Source of the DNA: Bacteroidaceae bacterium
GTDB taxonomy: Bacteria > Bacteroidota > Bacteroidia > Bacteroidales > Bacteroidaceae
Length of the DNA: 64,000 nt
Direction of reading: 5' to 3'
NCBI GenBank assembly: GCA_017462065.1
Contig: JAFTRV010000067.1
Span: forward strand, 3,237 to 67,236
Both the position numbers and the translations under genes were made by a program. The notes below the pieces were generated by a model. The model saw only the letters and a list, made by a program, of their open reading frames with translations, was not told the origin of the DNA and did not search any database. Of this stretch, positions 37,590-49,400 are shown piece after piece. Within the stretch, counting starts at the first letter, position 1. The number at the start of each line of letters is the position of its first letter.

Positions 37590-39443
37590 ATGACAAACAG
37601 TGACAACACACAAAAGGTAGACCAGATTGTCGTCCGTTTCTCGGGCGACTCCGGCGACGGCATGCAGCTTGCCGGCAACATCTTCTCTACAATTTCGGCT
37701 ACTGTCGGAAATGACATCTGTACATTCCCCGACTACCCTGCCGACATTCGCGCCCCGCAAGGAGTGCTGACAGGCGTTTCAGGCTTTCAAGTACACGTGG
37801 GAGCCGACAAGGTGCTTACCCCCGGTGACAAGTGCGACATTCTCATTGCGATGAACCCTGCCGCCCTGAAGACGCAGCACAAGTATTGCAAGCCCACAGG
37901 CGCCATTATCATCGACACCGACTCGTTCACCGAGAAGGACCTTCAGAAAGCCGAGTTCAAGACCGACGACCCGATAGCGGAGCTCGGCATCACCTGCGAG
38001 GTCGTTCCCTGCCCCATAACGTCGCTCTGCCAAGAGACGCTCAAAGACAGCGGACTCGACAACAAGAGCATCGTGCGTTGCAAGAACATGCTTGCGCTCG
38101 GTCTCGTATGCTGGATATACGACCGTGACCTCGGCCTTGCCGAAAGCATGCTCCGTGCCAAGTTCGCCAAGAAGCCCGATATAGCCGAGGCGAACATCAA
38201 GGTGCTCAAGGCAGGATACGACATGGGCCACAACACCCACACATCGATTTCGCACACATACAGCATAGAGAGCGAGGGCAAGAAGGAGAAGGGCAAGTAC
38301 ATGGACATAAACGGCAACAAGGCGACAGCATACGGTCTTATGGCCGCTGCCGAGAGAGCCGGGATGAGACTCTTCTTAGGCTCATACCCCATCACCCCTG
38401 CCACAGACATTCTTCACGAGCTTGCCAAGCACAAGTCGCTCGGCGTCGTCACCATGCAGGCCGAGGACGAGATTGCCGGCTGCGCATCGGCAGTAGGCGC
38501 GGCATACGCCGGCGCATTGGCATGCACATCGACATCGGGCCCGGGCATATGCCTCAAGAGCGAGGCGATAAACCTTGCGGTCATTACCGAGTTGCCTTTG
38601 GTAATCATTGACGTTCAGCGCGGCGGCCCCTCTACAGGCTTGCCGACCAAGAGCGAGCAGACCGACCTCTTGCAGGCGCTTTACGGACGCAACGGCGAGA
38701 GCCCGATACCCGTAATTGCGGCGACCTCGCCAACCAACTGCTTCGACGCCGCTTTCAATGCATGCAAAATAGCAGTTGAGCATATGACGCCGGTCATTCT
38801 GCTCACCGACGCATTCATCGCCAACGGCTCGGCGGCATGGAAATTGCCGAATATCGAGCAGTACCCGGCAATAGTTCCGCCCTACGTCACCCCCGACATG
38901 CGAGAGGGCTGGAGCCCGTACAAACGCAACCCCGAGAACGACGTGCGTTACTGGGCCGTGCCCGGCACTCCCGATTTCGCCCACCGCATAGGCGGCTTGG
39001 AGAAGAGCGCCGCTACAGGCGCCATAAGCAACGACCCCGCCAACCACCACAGCATGGTAGAGGCACGTGCGAGAAAGGTCGCAAGGATTGCCGCAGACAT
39101 ACCGCAGCTGAAGGTTGAGGGCGACGAGGACGCCGACCTGCTCATTGTCGGTTTCGGCGGCACATACGGCCACCTCTGCGAGGCTATGCAGCAGATGCGT
39201 AGCGAAGGCAAGAAAGTTGCCCTTGCGCACTTCCAGTACATTAACCCGCTGCCGGGCAACACGGCCGAGGTGCTTCGCAAGTACGGCAAGGTTGTCGTAG
39301 CCGAACAGAACATGGGACAGTTCGCAGGCTACCTTCAGACAAAAATAGAGAATATCAGGCTCCACCGTTACAACGAGGTGAAAGGACAGCCGTTCGCTGT
39401 CGCCACGCTTGTCGAGGAGTTCACTAAAATTATGGAGGAATAA
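37590..39443 (+). CDS. korA: 2-oxoacid:ferredoxin oxidoreductase, alpha (fused gamma-alpha) subunit
   Basis: VVRFSGDSGDGMQLAG start and a PFOR-type domain layout. ATG at 37590 is preferred. Confidence 0.85.
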   Translation: MTNSDNTQKVDQIVVRFSGDSGDGMQLAGNIFSTISATVGNDICTFPDYPADIRAPQGVLTGVSGFQVHVGADKVLTPGDKCDILIAMNPAALKTQHKYCKPTGAIIIDTDSFTEKDLQKAEFKTDDPIAELGITCEVVPCPITSLCQETLKDSGLDNKSIVRCKNMLALGLVCWIYDRDLGLAESMLRAKFAKKPDIAEANIKVLKAGYDMGHNTHTSISHTYSIESEGKKEKGKYMDINGNKATAYGLMAAAERAGMRLFLGSYPITPATDILHELAKHKSLGVVTMQAEDEIAGCASAVGAAYAGALACTSTSGPGICLKSEAINLAVITELPLVIIDVQRGGPSTGLPTKSEQTDLLQALYGRNGESPIPVIAATSPTNCFDAAFNACKIAVEHMTPVILLTDAFIANGSAAWKLPNIEQYPAIVPPYVTPDMREGWSPYKRNPENDVRYWAVPGTPDFAHRIGGLEKSAATGAISNDPANHHSMVEARARKVARIAADIPQLKVEGDEDADLLIVGFGGTYGHLCEAMQQMRSEGKKVALAHFQYINPLPGNTAEVLRKYGKVVVAEQNMGQFAGYLQTKIENIRLHRYNEVKGQPFAVATLVEEFTKIMEE

Positions 39444-39446
39444 GAC

Positions 39447-40451
39447 ATGAGCGAATACACAGCACAAGATTACAAGTTCGGACAGCCGCGTTGGTGTCCG
39501 GGTTGCGGTGACCATTCATTCCTTGGAGCATTGCATAAGGCAATGGGCGAGCTGGGCGTCGCCCCGCACAACATTGCAGTAATTTCGGGCATAGGCTGCT
39601 CGTCACGCCTCCCCTACTACATGAACACCTATGGTTTCCACACGATACACGGCCGCTCAGCAGCGATAGCTACAGGAGCCAAGCTTGCCAACCCCGAGCT
39701 TACCATTTGGCAGGTGTCGGGCGACGGCGACGGCCTTGCCATCGGCGGCAACCACTTCATTCATGCGGTACGCCGAAACATCGACCTGAACATGATACTT
39801 CTCAACAATCGCATATACGGCCTTACCAAAGGACAGTACTCTCCGACATCGGTACGAGGATTCGTCAGCAAGTCGTCGCCGTACGGCACTGTTGAGGACC
39901 CGTTCCGCCCTGCGGAACTGTGCTTCGGCGCAAGAGGCAACTTCTTCGCCCGCTGCGTGGCGACAGACATGCCGGCGGCGGTGGCATGTCTCAAGGCAGC
40001 GGCGCAGCACAAGGGCGCTTCGGTTGTCGAGGTGCTTCAGAACTGCGTTATATTCAACAACGGCACTCACGAGAGCGTATACACCAAGGAGGGCCGTTCA
40101 AAGAACGCCATTTACCTGGAGCATGGCAAGCCTATGATTTTCGGAGAGAACAGAGAGTACGGCCTCGTACAGGAGGGATTCGGCCTTAAGGTTGTGAGAA
40201 TCGGCGAGAACGGCATAACGGAAAACGACATTCTCGTTCACGACGCGCACTGCAAGGACACCACCCTGCACCTTAAGTTAGCGCTCATGGAGGGTCCTGA
40301 CTTCCCCGTTGCGTTGGGCGTAATACGTGATGTAGACGCTATCACATACAACGAGGCGGTTTACGCTCAGGTCGAAGAGGTAAAGCAGAGCAAGAAGTAC
40401 CACAGCTTCAGCGAACTTCTGGAAACGAACGAGACATGGGAGATTAAGTAA
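39447..40451 (+). CDS. korB: 2-oxoacid:ferredoxin oxidoreductase, beta (TPP-binding) subunit
   Basis: WCPGCGD and GDGDGLAIGGNH TPP motif. Confidence 0.9.
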   Translation: MSEYTAQDYKFGQPRWCPGCGDHSFLGALHKAMGELGVAPHNIAVISGIGCSSRLPYYMNTYGFHTIHGRSAAIATGAKLANPELTIWQVSGDGDGLAIGGNHFIHAVRRNIDLNMILLNNRIYGLTKGQYSPTSVRGFVSKSSPYGTVEDPFRPAELCFGARGNFFARCVATDMPAAVACLKAAAQHKGASVVEVLQNCVIFNNGTHESVYTKEGRSKNAIYLEHGKPMIFGENREYGLVQEGFGLKVVRIGENGITENDILVHDAHCKDTTLHLKLALMEGPDFPVALGVIRDVDAITYNEAVYAQVEEVKQSKKYHSFSELLETNETWEIK

Positions 40452-40470
40452 AGGCACTCATACACTTGAA

Positions 40471-40508
40471 AGCGTAGGCAGCGATTTTTTCGCTGCCTAC
40501 GCTTTTTT
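40471..40508 (+). terminator. Rho-independent terminator after korB
   Basis: AGCGTAGGCAGCG ... CGCTGCCTACGCT followed by TTTTTT. Confidence 0.75.
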
Positions 40509-40726
40509 GACATACAAATAAGTGCGGGACATGTTAAAACCGCCTTTTTTCTAAAAAAAACGTAATAAAACATCAAAAATATTTAGCCTATATAAAAATA
40601 ATATATTATTTTTGAAGCCGTGGGATAGTATAATTTTATATAAACAAGCATAAAATTACCGAAACCCCGACAAAAAAAGAACAATAATTATTAACTAAAT
40701 AAACATGACCGTAATGCCTGCATGGC

Positions 40727-43700
40727 ATGAAAGTCGAACTAAAAAAAACTAATATGAAACTACTAAAAACAGTTGCGAAGTCGCTGTTGGTTGCAACATT
40801 CATGGGCATGACATTGTCATTCGCCCCTGCGTATGCGTCAGCGGCAAACGCCGTGCAGCAACAGCAGTACGGTACTGTCAAGGGAACAGTTATTGATGAA
40901 AACGGAGAGCCGGTATTCGGCGCTGTGGTTTTCGTAGTAGGAACACAGAATTCAACTTCTGTAGACTTTGACGGTAATTTCGAGCTCAGCAATGTAAAGA
41001 AGGGCTCAAGCATCCGTGTAATGCTTATGGGTTACGCTTGCGACGACCAGGTATGGAACGGCAAGGACCTTAAGTTTGTCATGAAAGAAGAGAGCACGGC
41101 CCTTGACGAGGTTGTCGTTACGGCTATGGGTATCATGCGTAAGGAGAAGTCTCTGACATACGCCACACAGCTCATTAAGGCCGACGACCTTTTCAAAGCC
41201 CCTGACGCAAACATCGTGAACTCGCTCGAAGGTAAGATTTCGGGTATCACCATCACTCCGAGCGCCGGAGGCGCAGGTGGTGCGTCAAAGATCACTTTGC
41301 GCGGCAACAAGTCTATCATGGGCGAGAACGCGCCTCTTATCGTTGTAGACGGAGTGCCTATGACGAACAGCATCCGCGGACAGGCAAGCTCTCCCGAGAG
41401 CCTCACATCGTCAAACGTAACCGAGGGTTCCGACTACATGTCAATGATTAACCCCGACGACATTGAATCGATGAACGTCCTTAAGGGCGCTAATGCTGCG
41501 GCTCTTTACGGTTCACGCGCTGCGAACGGCGTTATCATGATTACCACAAAGAAGGGCAAAGAGGGAAAAATGGAGGTCACATTCAACTCAAATACCACAT
41601 TCGACATGCCTCTTATGACTCCTAACCTTCAGAACTCATATGGTGCATATGTAAATGGCTCGTCAGAGTTCAAATACAACAGTTGGGGCGACAGACTGAG
41701 CGGCGAGGGCACTCACAACATCAGTATCAACGGCACAAAGAACTATTTCTATGACAATGGCACAGGTGAATACTCTTTCGTGAACAACATTCACTTGCGC
41801 AATTATGCGAAGAATGACATAAACGAATTCTTCAACACCGGCATCATGACCACAAACTCAATCTCCGTTGCCGGCGGTACAGAAAAAATCCAGACATACG
41901 CATCATACTCCAATACATATTCGCAGGGTATGGTATCTTCAAACAGATACGACCGTAATACGTTTGCGTTCCGCCAGACATACAAGCTATGGGACCGCCT
42001 CACGCTCGGTGTAAACGTGAACTACGTACAGACTAAGACACGCAACCGTATAGGCGGCGGCAAGGTAGGCAACCCCATTTACCACCTTTACACCACCCCG
42101 CGTGATACCGACATGGATTACTACAAGGACAACTACGAACAGCAAGGCCAGTGGTACTCTTCGGGCGACGAGTCAGGCAACGGCACACAGGTATATTACC
42201 TTCAGAACGGAGGCAATTATACATACAAGACAGGCCATGTGCTGCTGACAGGGCCAATGCAGAACTATTCGTACATGGCACCGGGCTACAACAACCCTTA
42301 TTGGCTGACCCAAAAGAACTATGACGAGAATATCGAGGATCGTTTCTCGGCATCATTCAACGGCACGCTTAAAATCATTGAGGGCTTGAACTTGCAGGCA
42401 CGCGTATCGCTCGACCATACCAAATATAACGGCGAGGGCTACAACTACGCAACGACATGGTACGACGTTGAGATGTACCGTTACGGCAGATACTGGCTCG
42501 ACAACAGCCGCACGAACGAAATCTACACCGACTATATGTTGTCATACAACAAGGAATTAGGAAAAGACTGGTCTATTTCGGCTACAGCCGGCTATGTAGG
42601 CCACACCATCAAGGGCTACAACAGTAATACATACATAGGAGCCGCTACAATTGACATGACGACGCAAGGCATCGTTTCTGCACAGCCTGGAGAGCAATTG
42701 CCTATCTCTACAGCAGTAAACCGTTTCGACCCGTCATCAGGCAGTTCCGGCGTTACCGGCAAGAGCAAAAGCAGCAATTGGGACCAAGCAGCACTTGCTA
42801 CAGCGCAGATCGGCTGGAAAGATGTAGTTTTCGTTGATGCGTCATACCGTCACGACTGGTATCGCCCGTTCAAGCAGTTCGCTTACCTCGGAACAAAAGA
42901 GAGCTACGGCTACTTCGGTGTCGGAGCAAACGCAATTCTTAGCGACATTATAAAACTGCCAAAATGGTTCAACTATGCGAAGTACCGCTTGAGCTATTCT
43001 GAAGTAGGTAACTCCATACCTAATGTGGTCTATGCCGCAGTAAGCACAAACGACAAGCTCGGCACTACCGGCGTTACATCAAGAAACAGCTTTATACCTG
43101 AGCCTGAAAAGACAAAGTCCTTCGAGACTGGTCTTGAGATGCAATTCTTCCGCGATTGCCTGAATTTGGACATTACCTATTATAATTCAGCTATGCATAA
43201 GTCCTACCTCGAAGTCGGAAGCACATCGGGCAAGTCCCAGCCTGTAAACAGCGGTATTATCCGCAACCAGGGTGTCGAGATGACCGTAGGCTATGACTGG
43301 GCAATTACCAACAAACTGCGTTGGAAGACCAGCCTCAACTTCTCATACAACCATAATAGAATTGAGGCTACGGCAAAGGATGAGAGTGGAAACGACAAGG
43401 ACCTTGCAACAAAACTGGCAAACGGCAGAATACAGCTCCTTTACAGAAAAGGCGGCTCATACGGTGACATCTACGTGAGCGACTTTACCCGCTATCGTGA
43501 AGATGTTTACAAAGCCGCAGACGGCACATATAACATAACCGGCGACGGCGAACTCGTTCACAAGAAAGGAGACATATACCTCACAAGCCACACATACCCC
43601 AATACAAAGAATGTAAAAATCAAGAACGGCGGTTATGCTTCTGTGGACCCCGAAAGAGGCTTGGTACGTACATACGAGACATATAAAAAGTACCAGAAAT

Positions 43701-44242
43701 ATGCAGGCAACCTGAACAGCCCCTACCAGCTCTCATGGTCTAACACATTCACATATAAAGACTTCACGCTCTACTTCCTTATCAACGGACGCATCGGTGG
43801 CAAGGTTATCTCTTTGACAGAGGCAGAACTTGACTACCTCGGAGCATCGGAGCGTTCCGGAGCTGCACGTTTGTATGCCGAAGAGGAGGGCCTCTACATG
43901 CCGAACGACAAGCATGCGATGTACTTGAATGACGGCCGCGACATGATCGGCGTTGAAGACTACTACACATACGTCGGAACGAATGACGCTACAAGCTACA
44001 TCTACGATGCTACGAACTTCCGTTTGCGTGAGCTGTCACTCGGTTACACATTCCGCAACCTGTTCGGCGAATACAAGAATTTGAGCATATCATTCGTATG
44101 CCGCAACCTATTCTTCATTTACAAAGATTCTCCTGTTGACCCGGATGTATCGCTCTCTACAGCGAACGGTTTGGGCGGTATTGACATGTTCAACTACCCA
44201 TCACCTCGCTCATTCGGCTTTAACTTGAAGGTAAACCTTTAA
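40727..44242 (+). CDS. susC: SusC/RagA-family TonB-linked outer membrane transporter (alternative start 40754)
   Basis: CarboxypepD_reg domain (GTVIDENGEPVFGAVV), the TonB box/plug region (LDEVVVTAMG), a C-terminal F-x-F-type barrel end, and a SusD gene immediately downstream. Confidence 0.9.
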   Translation: MKVELKKTNMKLLKTVAKSLLVATFMGMTLSFAPAYASAANAVQQQQYGTVKGTVIDENGEPVFGAVVFVVGTQNSTSVDFDGNFELSNVKKGSSIRVMLMGYACDDQVWNGKDLKFVMKEESTALDEVVVTAMGIMRKEKSLTYATQLIKADDLFKAPDANIVNSLEGKISGITITPSAGGAGGASKITLRGNKSIMGENAPLIVVDGVPMTNSIRGQASSPESLTSSNVTEGSDYMSMINPDDIESMNVLKGANAAALYGSRAANGVIMITTKKGKEGKMEVTFNSNTTFDMPLMTPNLQNSYGAYVNGSSEFKYNSWGDRLSGEGTHNISINGTKNYFYDNGTGEYSFVNNIHLRNYAKNDINEFFNTGIMTTNSISVAGGTEKIQTYASYSNTYSQGMVSSNRYDRNTFAFRQTYKLWDRLTLGVNVNYVQTKTRNRIGGGKVGNPIYHLYTTPRDTDMDYYKDNYEQQGQWYSSGDESGNGTQVYYLQNGGNYTYKTGHVLLTGPMQNYSYMAPGYNNPYWLTQKNYDENIEDRFSASFNGTLKIIEGLNLQARVSLDHTKYNGEGYNYATTWYDVEMYRYGRYWLDNSRTNEIYTDYMLSYNKELGKDWSISATAGYVGHTIKGYNSNTYIGAATIDMTTQGIVSAQPGEQLPISTAVNRFDPSSGSSGVTGKSKSSNWDQAALATAQIGWKDVVFVDASYRHDWYRPFKQFAYLGTKESYGYFGVGANAILSDIIKLPKWFNYAKYRLSYSEVGNSIPNVVYAAVSTNDKLGTTGVTSRNSFIPEPEKTKSFETGLEMQFFRDCLNLDITYYNSAMHKSYLEVGSTSGKSQPVNSGIIRNQGVEMTVGYDWAITNKLRWKTSLNFSYNHNRIEATAKDESGNDKDLATKLANGRIQLLYRKGGSYGDIYVSDFTRYREDVYKAADGTYNITGDGELVHKKGDIYLTSHTYPNTKNVKIKNGGYASVDPERGLVRTYETYKKYQKYAGNLNSPYQLSWSNTFTYKDFTLYFLINGRIGGKVISLTEAELDYLGASERSGAARLYAEEEGLYMPNDKHAMYLNDGRDMIGVEDYYTYVGTNDATSYIYDATNFRLRELSLGYTFRNLFGEYKNLSISFVCRNLFFIYKDSPVDPDVSLSTANGLGGIDMFNYPSPRSFGFNLKVNL

Positions 44243-44284
44243 TGAGGCACATCTGATGTTTAACAAAAACAGAAAAATACAATT

Positions 44285-46102
44285 ATGAAAAAGTATATAT
44301 TATTAGCAGGCTCAATATTCTTTGCATCAATGGCGATGCAGTCTTGCCTTGACTTTGACGACCCGGGAGACGAGCTTGGCGTAAACCAGATTACGACGAA
44401 CACCACCAGCTTGAGAGGCGGCAACATCGACACCATCAAGTATATGTTTGAACCCACAGAGGAAGGAGTGAATTTCGCTCTTGATTCTTTGGACAAAGAC
44501 AAGATGTTGGGCACAAGCCTTTCGGGACAATATTGCATGAGAGGCGGCAAAGAGGGCAGCGTTCCCGGCGAACACGCATATCAGCGTCAGTTCTCGCTCG
44601 GTCCCGACAACTATGCTCAGTACTTCACCGTACCTCACAAGAAGTTTATGTACGGTTCCTTAACATCGACATATAACGTTTCTGCCGAGTTCAACGGCGA
44701 CCCCCATGGAGCATATACGATGACGAAGAACTTTATCGTACCTCTCCTTCACCACCCGATGATAGATTCGATTCCGGAAATTAAGGCTATTAACCTCTTG
44801 TTCTACAGCATAATGGCACAAGAGCGCGCCGACCTTTCAGGGCCTTACACCTATTTCGAGGACAAGGAGAACTCCGAGAGTCCGAAGACCTACAACCCCA
44901 TCAACGAAATCTACTTCAAGATAGTTGAGAATCTCGACACCATCGTAAACTGCTTGAAGTACTACGAGAATCGCCCCGATTGGTATAAGGCCAAGATTGA
45001 GGAGATAATGATGACCTATGACCACAGCACGCGCAACCTACTGACAGGCGTAATGTCAATGGAGCCATACATCAGGACCGCTAATTCATTGAAGCTGAGA
45101 ATGGCCATGCACATTGTCAAGGTAGATAAAGCGCAGGCGCAAACTTGGGCCGAAGAGGCTGTAGCGAGCGGAGTTATTGAAAGCGCCGACCATCAGATGG
45201 GAATATTCGGAGCCATAACAGGTTTTGCACACCCGCTTATCAACATCTCGTCTTGGGGCGACACACGCTTGTCCGCTTCATTCGAGAGCCTTCTGATGAG
45301 CCTTAACCACCCGTATACGAAATACCTGTTCAAGCCTAATAGCAACGACATCATCAACCAAGTAACCGGCAAGGTGACACCGGCAGGAACACGCATTTGC
45401 GGTATCCGTTCAGGCACTTACGTTGGACAAGGACAGACATATAACGAGAACATGCGCCAAGCATACTCCACAATAGACAACGACTTTGTCGGCATGGCAA
45501 TGCCTCCCCTCTATTTCGTAAAATGGGCTGAGGCAGACTTCCTGCGTGCAGAAGGAGCGTTGCGCGGCTGGAACATGGGAGGCACCGCTCAGGAATTCTA
45601 TGAGAGAGGTATCAAGAACGCCGACCTTGCCGACCCGATGATGGCTGAATATCTTATGGAGGAACAGAAATATACTACATACTTGGAGGACTACATGAAC
45701 CTTGCCGAGCCTATAAAGTACAAGAATATTGATCCTATGGGAGATGACGAAGATTGGCCAAGCGTGACTGAGATTGGTGTAAAATGGAATGATGGAGATA
45801 GTGAAGAGAGGAAGCTCGAAAAGATCATCACTCAGAAGTATATAGCACTGTTCCCGTTATCTACTGAGGCTTGGACCGAACTGCGCCGCACGGGATATCC
45901 TAAGCTGTTCCCCGTACTTAACCCTGACGACGGTGACGGCAGCCTCTTCCCAGGCGATATTATCAGACGTATTCCCTGGGTGCCTACAGACCCGACAGAA
46001 GTAGCGATTGTTGAGAGCACAGGTATCCAGGCATTAGGCGGGCTGCCCGACGAGCAAGGCACGCCACTTTGGTGGGATGTCATGGACGCTCCGAACTTCT
46101 AA
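44285..46102 (+). CDS. susD: SusD/RagB-family nutrient-binding lipoprotein
   Basis: Lipobox (FASMAMQSC), C-terminal SusD-like TPR core (ELRRTGYPKLFP). Confidence 0.9.
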   Translation: MKKYILLAGSIFFASMAMQSCLDFDDPGDELGVNQITTNTTSLRGGNIDTIKYMFEPTEEGVNFALDSLDKDKMLGTSLSGQYCMRGGKEGSVPGEHAYQRQFSLGPDNYAQYFTVPHKKFMYGSLTSTYNVSAEFNGDPHGAYTMTKNFIVPLLHHPMIDSIPEIKAINLLFYSIMAQERADLSGPYTYFEDKENSESPKTYNPINEIYFKIVENLDTIVNCLKYYENRPDWYKAKIEEIMMTYDHSTRNLLTGVMSMEPYIRTANSLKLRMAMHIVKVDKAQAQTWAEEAVASGVIESADHQMGIFGAITGFAHPLINISSWGDTRLSASFESLLMSLNHPYTKYLFKPNSNDIINQVTGKVTPAGTRICGIRSGTYVGQGQTYNENMRQAYSTIDNDFVGMAMPPLYFVKWAEADFLRAEGALRGWNMGGTAQEFYERGIKNADLADPMMAEYLMEEQKYTTYLEDYMNLAEPIKYKNIDPMGDDEDWPSVTEIGVKWNDGDSEERKLEKIITQKYIALFPLSTEAWTELRRTGYPKLFPVLNPDDGDGSLFPGDIIRRIPWVPTDPTEVAIVESTGIQALGGLPDEQGTPLWWDVMDAPNF

Positions 46103-46122
46103 ACATCGAACTTTCATATTTA

Positions 46123-46157
46123 ACGCAGCTTCTCGATTAAGAAGCTGCGTTTTTTTG
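46123..46157 (+). terminator. Rho-independent terminator after susD
   Basis: ACGCAGCTTCT-CGATTA-AGAAGCTGCGT followed by TTTTTTT. Confidence 0.75.
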
Positions 46158-46445
46158 TTGCATTTTAATCATTTATGCATTTATCCCCAATATTTCAATA
46201 TGATTATAAAATTGACTTATTTGATGAAAAATATATAATATTAAGATGTTTTTTTCAATAAAATAATTACATTTGCTAAGTTAGAGTATAAAAGCCTTTT
46301 AGCGCATATGGCATTTTGTCCGCAAAAATAGCCACGAGCAGACAAAACGCCAACAAAAACAGTTTATTAACAAATAAAACACGGCACAACAAAAACAAGC
46401 ATTACAAAAAGAAATTCATCATATTAACCATTAAAAAGAGAAAAA

Positions 46446-49400
46446 ATGAAAAAGATTACAATGTTTGTATTGTCGCTTTGCATCGTAATGAGTGCAATTG
46501 CGCAGATTGACACAAGCAAGGAGTATCGTATCCAAGACACCTCTACAGGCTTGTATCTCAATGCTGCAGACCATGTAGCGCACACCGAAGGACCTATTGG
46601 CGGTGTAAATCTTGCGTACAAAGCAGAAAACAACGAGCAGATTTTCACATTTGAAGCAGCCGGTTCAGGTTACTATCTGAAGACAAAGAGCGGCTACTAC
46701 ATCTATTGTCAGGAATGGAATGTCGATGCCCTTTCAAGCAAGTCGTTACTGACATTCGCAACTGCCGGAAATGGCAATTACTACATCATGAATGGCAGCA
46801 AATATTTCAAGACAGAGTCTGTCAGCGGCACATACTACCCATTCTGTAATGCCGAATTTAGCAGTGCCGCGACATGGAAGCTTGTCGAGAAAGACGACAA
46901 CAGCGGTTCGACAGACAACAGCGGCGACAATGGCACTATCAACTCAACAATACCTACAGAAGAGGTATACGACTTCAGCGGTTTTGGTGACGAGAAATTA
47001 CTCGTTCTTTTCTACAATGCTTTGCAAAAAGGACGCAACTATCCTACTATGGCAGAGTTCGAAGCAGCGGGTATTCAGGCAGCCGACCTTGCGTTCGTGC
47101 GTTCTCACGTGCGTAAGGCAGAAATCATGAGCCGTAAAGACAGGCTTTTAAGCGACACCTATCAGGAGCGCGACCTCTGGATGAACGTTCCTATGGATGC
47201 GGGCAAGGCTGCCGATGTAGGTTACCCATGCGGCAAGTTCCTTGCTGACGTATATTCTATGTGGCAGTACACCAACCTCTTCGGTGCATGGAACCACGGT
47301 ATATTCACTGTTCCCGGTGCTTGGGTCGATGCTGCTCACCGCAATGGTACAGACATGATGAGCGGTATCAAGTTCTTTGATACCACAGGTGGCAGAGGCG
47401 AAGGCTCCGAGACCTATGAGGCTCTTATTACGAAGAAAGACAGCAACGGAGACTTCATGTACGTAAAGCCTCTTATCAACATATTGATGTTCTTTGGTTC
47501 TGACGGTATCAACTACAACTGGGAGGCTACCGGTTACAATGACTCAGACGTCGTCAACTTCCATAAGCAGCTATACAAGTATGCAGCCGAGTGCGGATTT
47601 ACCAACTATCACAGCGGTCTGTATACAATGATCAGTTCAATGACTGCTGCCAATGTTGATTATATGTTCGGCAAGACCGCTACAGGCAAGACACATGACA
47701 CTATGCTTAACTATTCAGGCGGTGCATTCTCTGTCAGCATGGCCACGAGCGCTAGTGCTGCAAAAGCTGCAATGGGCACGACTAAAGGCCTTTATGCCGG
47801 CGTTTGGATTGCATCCATCGAGAACAGAGGATGGACAAAGCTGAACAACGGCCTTTCAAAAGAGGTAAGTTTGTGCCTTTGGGGCGAACACAGCCAGAGC
47901 CGTTTCTACAGCTACAACGTAGGCGATGGTGCTTTCAACACCCAGGAGAACTATCAGAAACTGCTCGAGCGCGGCTTCTCCGGCGGATATCGTAACCCGG
48001 CGACACGCCCCGCTATAGCCGAAACAGGCTTCAGTTGGGAAAGAACAGCCACATCAGAGGCTCTTGGCGGCTTTGCAGGCCTGGCATCTTGGATTCCCGA
48101 ACGCTCTACAATCCAGGGCAACCTTCCTTTCAAAACACACTTCACGCTCGGCAACGGCGACCGCTACTACTACAAGGGCAAGCAGTCTCTTGCAGGAGAG
48201 TGGTACAACATGAGCTCTCAAGATATCGTTCCTACGTATCGTTGGCTGCGCTACAAAGCCAACACGACTACTGTTACAGACGAAATTGACGTGAACTATA
48301 CACACATTGATGCATACACAGGCGGTTCATGTATTAACCTTACAGGTGCTTCTACATCTGCAGGTACCGACATCATTATGTATAAGACAAGCCTTAAGGT
48401 AGCAGGTACAAACCCATACGCTAAACTTGCCGTAAAGACGCTTAAGAACACCAAAGCGAGCGACCTTTACCTTATTGTCAAGTTACAGGGCGAAAGCAGC
48501 TATAGAGAATTCGCTTACGGCGCTCTTAGCGGCAACACATGGGAGGAGAAGACAATCAGCCTCAGCGGAATATCTACAGGCAAAATTATCGAGCGTATCG
48601 GTCTGAGAGTAAAGGGCAGCAACTCAAACTATCAGCTTTATGTAGGCAAGCTTGAAATAAATGACAACAGAGTCGTTACTCCTTCTAACGTTAAGGACCT
48701 CGTTGCAGAAGTAAAGAACGAGACAAAGACATCTATGACTGTCAAGCTGCACTGGGATGTCAATGCGACAGCAAATACACGTGCCAACTGGGGCTTGGTT
48801 TACAACGACGAAGCAAACATCAGCCACTTCGAAATCCTTTACAAGAACAGCGAGAATGGCAAGGTTTCACTTGTCGGTACTACATCACAGTGGGCGACTA
48901 TCATTCCTAACATTGACTTCGAGAGCGTGAATGACAAGCCTTATGTAGGTGTTCGCGCTGTTTCTGTAGACCAGAAGACATATTCTCCAATTTCATGGGT
49001 TGAAATTCCTCGTGCGGCTCAGTCTTCTTTGCCTGCCAAGTACAAGCAGTACGGCAACTACGGCATGAGTACTATTGACGTAGACTCCGACGGTATCGCC
49101 AATGCTCAGAATGGACGTTATCTTACATACGTAAAGACAAGCGGCGCCACACAGAACCTCAACTACACAGCCAACGCTCCTGTAGCCGATGGTACGAACT
49201 ATGTAAACGCAAGAAACCAGGTATTGAAAGTTAAGCAGGGTCAAACCGTAACAATCCAGTTCCAGGCATTTAACACGACAACAGCCGGACCGTTCACTGA
49301 CAAATCTGAACCTGACGGTTTGAGATGGTGCTTCGCCGGCGGTTGGATTGACTTCAACGGTAGCGGCGACTTTGACAAGCCATTGCCGACAGAAAGAACT

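Noticed and set aside
46320-46445. A-rich, G-poor leader upstream of the GH85-like gene as a special element
   Set aside because: A-rich, unstructured leaders are the norm for efficient translation initiation in Bacteroidetes, which lack strong Shine-Dalgarno usage. It is noted only within the PUL finding.
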